Shown: positions 29,296 through 36,986 of the stretch, piece by piece | Layout of the letters: every line of letters starts with the position of its first letter | Numbering within the stretch: position 1 is the first letter of the stretch | DNA from: a virus | Taxonomy: Duplodnaviria; Caudoviricetes | Virus record (IMG/VR): IMGVR_UViG_3300032285_001531 | Direction: 5' to 3' (one strand) | Length of the DNA: 64,000 nucleotides | Program-made: the position numbers and the translations under genes | Notes under the pieces: model-generated | Told to the model about the DNA's origin: nothing | The model's input: only the letters and a program-made list of their open reading frames with translations | Database searches by the model: none

Positions 29296-30070
29296 GGACA
29301 AATGGCCTGAACACAGTAAGAATTGGGGTAAGATAGGACCTCCCCTAAAACCCACGCCTGAAGTTATAAACAAATATGTAGAACTTGTGCCTAACGGTCG
29401 TGTTATGATGTTAGGTGTTACTCCTGAAATATACAATGCATTTGATAATATATTAGCAGTGGATCACAATCCAACTATGATAACTAATGTGTGGCTGGGT
29501 GATACCGATACTAAAAAAGTCATAGTTGATGATTGGATTACATACGAAACAACAGAGAAGTTTGATGGGATAGTAGGTGATGTAGCAGTGACATTAATGG
29601 GTGACAAACAAACTATAACTGACTTCAATAACAAAACATTCAACTGGTTAAACAGTAATGGTGTTATGGCTCAGCGTATATTTCACAGTACGATTACTGA
29701 ACTACCCTATGAATATCTAGTATTATTAACTACTAGTAAAGCCCCAATCAATTGGCATGCATACAAATGGTTGTTACATATCTATCTAGCAGTGTCTACT
29801 AAATCACAAAGAATACGTCAAAGTGATGTACGAGATTTATTCAATAAGATATGTCCTGATAGAAACATGCTAAGTCAAATCACAGAATGGGATATAGATG
29901 CAATCAATACCATTGACTTTTATGAAAATGCAACACAAGAAGTAACTGTATTATCTAAAGATGATTGGTTAGATACTATTCCTAAAAATGCTATCGATGT
30001 AGAATTCGTATATACTGAAGGATATGATATCTGCAATTTATTTCCTATATTAAAATATCGTCATGTTTGA
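29294..30070 (+). CDS. Class I SAM-methyltransferase-like protein
   Basis: RVMMLGVTPE, VDHNPTMI and DDW...FDGIVGD follow the Rossmann MTase pattern; TTG start. Confidence 0.5.
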   Translation: MDKWPEHSKNWGKIGPPLKPTPEVINKYVELVPNGRVMMLGVTPEIYNAFDNILAVDHNPTMITNVWLGDTDTKKVIVDDWITYETTEKFDGIVGDVAVTLMGDKQTITDFNNKTFNWLNSNGVMAQRIFHSTITELPYEYLVLLTTSKAPINWHAYKWLLHIYLAVSTKSQRIRQSDVRDLFNKICPDRNMLSQITEWDIDAINTIDFYENATQEVTVLSKDDWLDTIPKNAIDVEFVYTEGYDICNLFPILKYRHV

Positions 30071-31307
30071 GCAACTTTTAACAAGATTAGAAAAAACTCA
30101 ATGGTTGAGTGAACAAGAATTGCAGCAGATGCAATATAATGCACTGAATTCAATAGTAAAACATCATAGAGAACAAAGTCCGTGGTACAAAAAACTTACT
30201 GAGAATGCTGAATCAGTTCCTATTATCAATAAGCATGATATACAACAAGCAGGTCATGAGTTTTTTGCACAAAAAGTATCACAGGATAACTTACCAGCTA
30301 ACACAGTTAAAACTTCAGGTAGCACAGGTGAGCCACTAGAAGTAAGAGTAGGTATTGTCACTGGTAATTTTCACAGTGCATTTTCAGTAAGAAACTTAAT
30401 ATGGAACTTTAAAGAAGAAAACTTAAAATCATCTATCATTAAAGCAAACATAGACAAGTATCAAGAAATGCCTGATTGGGGAAGTCCTTATAATCTTATA
30501 TTAAAGACTGGACCAGTTCAAGGTATCTCTATTAGAACAGACATACCAGAACAGAATAGAATACTCACAGAATTTCAACCTAATATACTATTAACATTCC
30601 CTAATAATCTACGTGCATTATGTGAACTATGGCGTGAAACTGGAGTGCCACTGAAAGACTTGAAGTACATACGAACAATGGGCGAGACTTGTACTGCTAG
30701 TATTAAGAAACTAGTTAAAGAAGTAACTGGATTAAAAGTAATAGATGTTTATAGCAGTCAGGAGTTAGGTGCAATAGCATTAACCTGTCCTGATTCAGAC
30801 TTATATCATACTATGGATGAGAATCTTATCGTAGAAATACTAGACGAGAATGATAAACCATGTGCTGTAGGACAAGAAGGTAGAGTTGTAGTCACTGACT
30901 TACACAATCAACTAAGTCCTATGATACGTTATGATGTAGGTGACTTTGCAGTGCGTGGACCTAAGTGCAGTTGTGGTAGAGGTCTACAAACTATTCATTC
31001 AGTATTAGGTAGACGTAGAAATCTGTTAGTACATCCAGACGGTCGTAGACATTGGCCGTTAATTGGATTTCATGACTTTGGCACTATCGCTAAAGTACGT
31101 AGATTTCAAATGGTTCAGCATAATTTAGAAAATATAGAACTACTGTTGGCTACAGAAATTAAGTTGACAGACGAACAGAAAGATAAATTTATAGAACTAT
31201 TACAAAAGTATACAGGACACGAATTTAAGATTACAGTTACCAATGTGATCGGAGATTTATCTGTACCGGCAAACGGAAAATTTGAGGACTTTATAAGCAA
31301 ATTATGA
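30063..31307 (+). CDS. Phenylacetate-CoA ligase (PaaK)/F390 synthetase-like adenylate-forming enzyme
   Basis: KTSGSTGEP loop, DVYSSQELG, IRYDVGD, CSCGRGL, VLGRR. Confidence 0.88.
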   Translation: MFEQLLTRLEKTQWLSEQELQQMQYNALNSIVKHHREQSPWYKKLTENAESVPIINKHDIQQAGHEFFAQKVSQDNLPANTVKTSGSTGEPLEVRVGIVTGNFHSAFSVRNLIWNFKEENLKSSIIKANIDKYQEMPDWGSPYNLILKTGPVQGISIRTDIPEQNRILTEFQPNILLTFPNNLRALCELWRETGVPLKDLKYIRTMGETCTASIKKLVKEVTGLKVIDVYSSQELGAIALTCPDSDLYHTMDENLIVEILDENDKPCAVGQEGRVVVTDLHNQLSPMIRYDVGDFAVRGPKCSCGRGLQTIHSVLGRRRNLLVHPDGRRHWPLIGFHDFGTIAKVRRFQMVQHNLENIELLLATEIKLTDEQKDKFIELLQKYTGHEFKITVTNVIGDLSVPANGKFEDFISKL

Positions 31308-31984
31308 TAACACATAGACCAGCAAACACTAGAAAACATATGAATCCTGGATGGATTGAAACATATCGTACATTCAGCAACAATTCATACTGGGATCCAA
31401 ATTATGTTAACTATTCATTACTTGAAGTTATAAACGATGATAGAGTACAGCCTAGAAACTGTGTACCTATTCATCAGCATATGGATATGGAAATCTTAGG
31501 ATATGTTATAGAGGGCGAATGCTATCACAATGACAGTCTATATAATATATTAAACGTAAAAGCAGGTGGCATACAGCGTATGAGTGCTGGACGTGGTATT
31601 TGGCACGTTGAGGGCAACATGGGAGATGTGCCTAATCATTACTTACAGATTTGGTTGCGCCCGAATAAGATGGGAGTACCCCCGAACTATGGCATGATCC
31701 AGTTCAGCAGGGAGCAAAAACTAAACAACTTCTTATGCGTAGCTAGTCAAACGGGTCCTATGATCATCCATAGTGATGCTATTGTACGGGCAGGGATCTT
31801 CACAGAGGATTACACTCAACCACTAAATTCAGAGAAAAAGTATTATCTATATATTATCAATGGATCTGCGACTATAAATGGGAAAGAATCCATTATGGGA
31901 GACGGTTATAGCTTTGAAAATGAAGTTATATTAACCATATCTGATGCTAACGACAGCGAAATGTTGCTTTTTGAATTACCTTAA
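31304..31984 (+). CDS. Pirin-family (YhhW-like) cupin protein
   Basis: INDDRV, H.H.DMEI..YV..G...H.DS, QRMSAGRGI.H.E, LQIW. Confidence 0.92.
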   Translation: MITHRPANTRKHMNPGWIETYRTFSNNSYWDPNYVNYSLLEVINDDRVQPRNCVPIHQHMDMEILGYVIEGECYHNDSLYNILNVKAGGIQRMSAGRGIWHVEGNMGDVPNHYLQIWLRPNKMGVPPNYGMIQFSREQKLNNFLCVASQTGPMIIHSDAIVRAGIFTEDYTQPLNSEKKYYLYIINGSATINGKESIMGDGYSFENEVILTISDANDSEMLLFELP

Positions 31985-31998
31985 GACATTCCAAAAAC

Positions 31999-32006
31999 GA
32001 TAAATA
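31999..32006 (+). promoter_or_regulatory. Late-promoter-like GATAAATA
   Basis: Intergenic; heads the 32030-35308 run. Confidence 0.65.
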
Positions 32007-32029
32007 CTTAATATATTTGGAATTATATC

Positions 32030-33109
32030 ATGAAAATAAACTCATTACTAGAATCTACAACATCAGGATCAGTAGCATCAGTCTCTACTCCTGTTGGAAA
32101 AATGCAAAAACGTGGAGGGTCTATGTTTAAGGGAAAAACTACTAACAAACCCTTTTACGAAGAAAAGAAGGACTGCGGCTGCCCTGCTGAATGCACATGC
32201 AGAAAAGTAGATGAAGCATTTGATACTACTAATCCAAAAGAATATCTCATTACTGTTCATCATCAAACACAAGATGGAGAGAGTGGTAAAGCTGAATATA
32301 AAATTACTAAGGCAAATGATGCCCGTCATGCTAAAAATATAGCAATGCTTAGGCATAGAAATGCGTTAGAAGTTAAAGGTATTAAATCCAAATCAATGCA
32401 TTGTAGTAGTCAAGATGTTAAAAATGTAGACGAAGGTGCAATGCCCCAATCAGTAATCAGAGCCAAAGAGAATATTCGTATGGCCAGCGATGAAGAAAAC
32501 AAGAAACGTTTTGCTGGTAAAACTAAAGAAGAATTAGCAAGCATGGCACGTAGACATGGTTATAAAGATAAAAATCCTTATGCTAAATTTCATGACGGTA
32601 AAACAGGAATCAATGAAGGTTCAATTAGTAACGCATTAGTTGCAGTAGAGGAAGCTAGACTAAGCGAAGAAGATTTAATTTTAATGCCAGGACAAGGTGT
32701 TAGATTCAAAAAAGAATTAATGCCAAAGAAAACAGACCATGAAATTGAAATGGCACGTGGTCAATTATATCAATCAGCAAAAAATGCAAAAGACATCTGT
32801 GGCATGCTAAAAGGTATCAGCGAAATACAAGGCATTGACGCATGGGTACAATCAAAAATTACCACAGCAGCAGACTACCTAGAAACAGTACGTGCATATT
32901 TAGAATCTAAGTATGAAATGCAACATGAAATTGATGAGGCTACCCCACGTGAAAAATTTAACAAGGGTTTGAAAAAAGCAGGATACGATCCACATAAAGG
33001 TGCAGATCGTTTGTTGGCATTACTTGCTAAACAAGCAGAAGAACGCAAGAAGTTTGAAAAAGAACTGCCTTTTGTTTATGGTGATAAAGACAAGGATGAA
33101 CAGAAATGA
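32030..33109 (+). CDS. Modular hypothetical protein, probable head-internal protein
   Basis: N-terminal MKINSLLE; short modules delimited by xxE motifs; helical DHEIEMARGQL...WVQSKIT.AADYL module. Confidence 0.7.
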   Translation: MKINSLLESTTSGSVASVSTPVGKMQKRGGSMFKGKTTNKPFYEEKKDCGCPAECTCRKVDEAFDTTNPKEYLITVHHQTQDGESGKAEYKITKANDARHAKNIAMLRHRNALEVKGIKSKSMHCSSQDVKNVDEGAMPQSVIRAKENIRMASDEENKKRFAGKTKEELASMARRHGYKDKNPYAKFHDGKTGINEGSISNALVAVEEARLSEEDLILMPGQGVRFKKELMPKKTDHEIEMARGQLYQSAKNAKDICGMLKGISEIQGIDAWVQSKITTAADYLETVRAYLESKYEMQHEIDEATPREKFNKGLKKAGYDPHKGADRLLALLAKQAEERKKFEKELPFVYGDKDKDEQK

Positions 33110-34371
33110 GAGCATTTGAATTTTTAATTGAGAACGAAGAAGCTGCATCAAATTTACCAGGTGCAGTTAATGGAGTTAAGATTATGACACCGCAACAATT
33201 TGTTGGTGACGAAGAAGAAGTGGATGAAGCTACTAAACTACCTGCACCACAAAAACAATTTGGTGGGCAAGAGTTTCAGGACTACATGCAACGTATTGTA
33301 GGTACGCCTGATATTGATAAAAAAACTGGTCAACCTAAAGTAGATAAAAAGGGCAAAGAAAAGTATGTGTCTGGTAAATTAAAAACAGACAAGTTTAAAA
33401 TGCCATATATCCATCGTAGCAGTGTTGTTGAATACTATGATGAAAAAGGTAAGAAATTCAATGAAGATGCAGTTATTAATGCATTGAAAGTGCGCAAAGA
33501 TTCATTGTTGAAACAAAATGAAAAAATGAAGCACAGTAATGGTGCATTAGAGCAGTTCTTCAATGTAGGCTTTGCAGCACTAACAGGTATCGCAGTAGAT
33601 GAAAGCACTGATAAGTTAATCATTGTTAATACTTGTCCAGGTGCCGGTGCATGTAAAGTAGATTGCTTTGCTATGAAGGGCGGTAAGATTCAATTTAAAG
33701 GTGGTTGGTTAAGTGATGGTCGTATTCTAACAGAATTACTAAATGACCCGCAGGGTTTCAGTAGTAGACTATCAAATGAGATTGCTAAAGAAGAAGCATT
33801 AGGTAAAAAAGGTGGCTATAGTGTTACAGTGCGTTGGCATGACGCAGGTGATTTCTTTAGTCCTGAATATTTGGACCTAGCATTAGATATTGCAAAGCGT
33901 TTCCCTAATGTTAAATTCTATGCTTATACTAAAATGGCTGGTGCAGCACTAGCAAATAAGCCAAGTAACTTTATCATCAACTGGTCAGAAGGCGCACATA
34001 CTTCACAAGAGAAACAAATCAAATCACAAGATCCACAGTTGACGCAGACTAAGAACAGTCGTATTGTTCCTGAGAAACTATTTTGGGACTTACTAAAGAA
34101 AGACGAGAAAGGCAACCTAGACAAAGAGGGTGCTAATGCTAAAGGTGAAGGTGGTCGTTGGGTAACAAGCGGACCAGAAGCAACACAAGAACTAAAACAA
34201 CGTTTAGCACAAGCATATGGTCTAAGTGCAAACAGTATTCTGTCATATGATGAGTACATCTCTAAAGGCAAAAACTCTCCTATGAAGTGGAACGTTATAG
34301 TTGCACCTGGTGAGGGTGATCTTAGCGCAAATGATCCAAACGTATTAAGTACATTATTATTGAGGCACTAA
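33106..34371 (+). CDS. GP88-like (radical-SAM-like) phage protein
   Basis: TCPGAGACKVDCFA (CX5CX3C), VRWHDAGDFFS, FYAYTK; N-terminal MRAFEFLIE. Confidence 0.75.
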   Translation: MRAFEFLIENEEAASNLPGAVNGVKIMTPQQFVGDEEEVDEATKLPAPQKQFGGQEFQDYMQRIVGTPDIDKKTGQPKVDKKGKEKYVSGKLKTDKFKMPYIHRSSVVEYYDEKGKKFNEDAVINALKVRKDSLLKQNEKMKHSNGALEQFFNVGFAALTGIAVDESTDKLIIVNTCPGAGACKVDCFAMKGGKIQFKGGWLSDGRILTELLNDPQGFSSRLSNEIAKEEALGKKGGYSVTVRWHDAGDFFSPEYLDLALDIAKRFPNVKFYAYTKMAGAALANKPSNFIINWSEGAHTSQEKQIKSQDPQLTQTKNSRIVPEKLFWDLLKKDEKGNLDKEGANAKGEGGRWVTSGPEATQELKQRLAQAYGLSANSILSYDEYISKGKNSPMKWNVIVAPGEGDLSANDPNVLSTLLLRH

Positions 34372-34372
34372 A

Positions 34373-34816
34373 ATGTTAGCAGATAGTTTAAAAGTAGTAT
34401 TAGCAAGTAGTTTCACTTTTTATTTAAAAGCACACAACTTTCATTGGAACGTTGAAGGTTCCAATTTCTCAGAATATCATAAATTTTTGGATGAGTTGCA
34501 AGCTGAAGTGTTTGAGAATGCGATTGACCGTAGCGCAGAATTTATTCGTGTACTTGACCATTATGCTCCAGGTAGCTTGACACGTTTTCATGAATTAAGT
34601 ATAATTGAAGATCAGGTAAAAGTACCACGTGCTGAGTTAATGATTGCTGAATTATACGAAGATAATGCCAAAATCATTGAGATGTTAAAGCAAGTGTTTA
34701 CAATAGCAGAAGAAGCTAACGAAGAAGGCATTGCCAATTTCATAGCAGAACGTATTGATGCACATGGTAAACATTCATGGATGCTACGTAGTTTTCTCAA
34801 AACAAATAGAGAATAA
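34373..34816 (+). CDS. dps: Dps/ferritin-like DNA protection protein
   Basis: FYLKAHNFHWNVEG..F...H, DRSAEFIR, K..WML.S. Confidence 0.93.
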   Translation: MLADSLKVVLASSFTFYLKAHNFHWNVEGSNFSEYHKFLDELQAEVFENAIDRSAEFIRVLDHYAPGSLTRFHELSIIEDQVKVPRAELMIAELYEDNAKIIEMLKQVFTIAEEANEEGIANFIAERIDAHGKHSWMLRSFLKTNRE

Positions 34817-34875
34817 TGGATCCAAACAACACACCAGACAATGATTTACCTGTAATACCTTATGGGGAACATTAA
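34816..34875 (+). CDS. Putative 19-aa microprotein MDPNNTPDNDLPVIPYGEH
   Basis: TAATG overlaps with both neighbouring genes. Confidence 0.55.
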   Translation: MDPNNTPDNDLPVIPYGEH

Positions 34876-35093
34876 TGGAAGAAATCACATCAGATAACAT
34901 CGATCAAATGAGGGAGAAGTTTAAGCCTAAGAAAAAGGCTAACATTATTCCAGAAGAATTGATGAGCAAATCTGCAAGTTATGATGACAAACTACTCTTA
35001 GCTAAACTTCTTTCCGAAAAAGAAAGTAAACGAGTAATCTTAGTTATAAAACAAATGCTTAAAGCAGATAGTAGTAAATCAGGGATCAAATAA
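34875..35093 (+). CDS. Hypothetical protein
   Basis: 72-aa ORF, coupled on both sides. Confidence 0.7.
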   Translation: MEEITSDNIDQMREKFKPKKKANIIPEELMSKSASYDDKLLLAKLLSEKESKRVILVIKQMLKADSSKSGIK

Positions 35094-35308
35094 TGGTTGC
35101 CGAAATGTTGATGTATGGCTTTGTTAGTGCCTTTGGATGGTGGGGAGCAAATCATTATATTATTGAACCACACCTTGAATCTAAACCTGTATTAATGGAA
35201 AAAGAAAAGCAAGAACAGAAATGCACTGACTGGGAAGAAAAAAAGAATCCAGACGGAACGATTAATAGATTTAGAACCTGCGAATCGTTATCAAAGACTT
35301 CACCTTAG
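35093..35308 (+). CDS. Small hypothetical membrane-anchored protein
   Basis: Hydrophobic N-terminus; C-terminal Cys pair. Confidence 0.7.
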   Translation: MVAEMLMYGFVSAFGWWGANHYIIEPHLESKPVLMEKEKQEQKCTDWEEKKNPDGTINRFRTCESLSKTSP

Positions 35309-35370
35309 GACCGTGAGGGCGCGGCTGCTGCGTTATCCAGAGGAGTCGTGCCCCGAGGGTAAAAGTGAGC
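35299..35370 (+). ncRNA. Candidate structured RNA in the desaturase leader
   Basis: GC-rich multi-stem element in an AT-rich genome; no family assigned. Confidence 0.45.
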
Positions 35371-35380
35371 CTAACTAATT

Positions 35381-36085
35381 ATGACAATACTACTTTATAC
35401 ACTAATCACTACACACATTACAATTCTATGTGTCACACTATTTTTACATCGTGGACAAGCACATAAAGGATTTGTATTTCATCCTACATTAAGTCACTTC
35501 ATGCGTTTTTGGCTATGGCTTACAACTGGGATGATTACAAAAGAATGGGTAGCAGTACATAGAAAACATCATCAACTTACTGACATACAAGGTGATCCAC
35601 ATAGCCCACATGTATATGGTATACAGAAAGTAATGATTGAAGGTGCATTATTATATCATGAAGCAGCAAAAGACGAGAACATGGTAAAGCATTATGGAGT
35701 AGGAACTCCTGATGACTGGGTAGAACAAAACGTATATACTAAACATAGTAAGTTAGGAATCAGTTTACTATTAGTATTAGACATGCTATTCTTTGGGTAT
35801 TGGGGAGTAGTAGTTTGGGGAATACAAATGATATGGATACCCTTCTGGGCTGCAGGAGTTATTAATGGCTTAGGACATTGGTATGGATATCGCAATACTG
35901 ACACTAAAGACTTCTCTACAAACATCACAAAAATAGGTATTGTTGTGGGTGGAGAAGAACTACACAACAATCATCACGCTGAACCCGCAAATCCAAAATT
36001 CAGCAGAAAATCCAATGAATTTGATATCGGTTGGCTATATTTTCGCATATTTTCTCTTTTAGGTCTTGCTACGCTACGAGACTAA
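35381..36085 (+). CDS. Delta-9-type membrane fatty-acid desaturase
   Basis: His boxes HRGQAH, HRKHH and HNNHH; DPHSP; FDIGW. Confidence 0.93.
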   Translation: MTILLYTLITTHITILCVTLFLHRGQAHKGFVFHPTLSHFMRFWLWLTTGMITKEWVAVHRKHHQLTDIQGDPHSPHVYGIQKVMIEGALLYHEAAKDENMVKHYGVGTPDDWVEQNVYTKHSKLGISLLLVLDMLFFGYWGVVVWGIQMIWIPFWAAGVINGLGHWYGYRNTDTKDFSTNITKIGIVVGGEELHNNHHAEPANPKFSRKSNEFDIGWLYFRIFSLLGLATLRD

Positions 36086-36088
36086 AAC

Positions 36089-36096
36089 GATAAATA
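36089..36096 (+). promoter_or_regulatory. Late-promoter-like GATAAATA
   Basis: 5 nt before ATG 36102; heads the 36102-42689 run. Confidence 0.7.
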
Positions 36097-36101
36097 TATG
36101 A

Positions 36102-36986
36102 ATGAGAATTACCGATTTTAAAATACACGATACCGAAAAACTAGACCATATACTAGTAAAACTCTGCCAAATGGTTATTAATGGCCAAAAGCAGGATAGT
36201 GACTATTTTGGTATGGTTGCTGCTTGTGTCCTAGACACCCATAATGAAGAAGTCTGTGCCCTAAACTATGTAGTAAAAGACGGCAAACATGTACATGCAG
36301 AACGAGCAGCAATAGACAAATATCACAAACAATATGGTGATATTCCAGCTGGTAGCATTATCATTACAACTTGCAGTCCATGCAGTGAAATGATGACTGA
36401 GCGTTACGGAGATTCTTGTACTAACTTAATAGAAGAAGTTGGTGTACATAAAGTATATTGCGGATACGAAGATCCTACACAAGATAGCAGTGAAAATTAT
36501 GTTCATAAAACATTCCATGTAAAACAAACCCGCAATGAAAAGATTATAGAACTATGCAAATCGTTTGCGGACACTTTCTTAGAAAAAGAAAAGATTGCTG
36601 AAACTAAACATATTATGGAAGAAATTAGAAAAGTCAATGCAGATGAGTTAACTCCAAAGTTTGTTGCATGGGCTAGTAAAATACTAAAATTAGAAACTAC
36701 ACCAGAAATAGAATTAAGCTACGATACAGAAGAAGCGCAAGACGGACATCATACTGGTCGTCATACTGAAGGTGATAACAAAGTTTGGGTATATGCTAAG
36801 AACAGAAACTTAGTTGACATATATCGTACAATATTCCATGAATTAGTTCACGTAAGACAAGGTGAATTAAACATGATTAAGCCCGGTGATAGTTATCCCG
36901 GCAGTCCAATAGAACAACAAGCTGATGTACTTGCAGGTAAGTATATCAAAGTATTTGGAGCAGAACATCCGGAGATTTTTCAATGA
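36102..36986 (+). CDS. Zn-dependent deaminase domain fused to a zincin (HExxH) domain
   Basis: HAERAAI, TCSPC...C and VYCGYEDP; C-terminal IFHELVHVRQ...E.QAD. Confidence 0.8.
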   Translation: MRITDFKIHDTEKLDHILVKLCQMVINGQKQDSDYFGMVAACVLDTHNEEVCALNYVVKDGKHVHAERAAIDKYHKQYGDIPAGSIIITTCSPCSEMMTERYGDSCTNLIEEVGVHKVYCGYEDPTQDSSENYVHKTFHVKQTRNEKIIELCKSFADTFLEKEKIAETKHIMEEIRKVNADELTPKFVAWASKILKLETTPEIELSYDTEEAQDGHHTGRHTEGDNKVWVYAKNRNLVDIYRTIFHELVHVRQGELNMIKPGDSYPGSPIEQQADVLAGKYIKVFGAEHPEIFQ

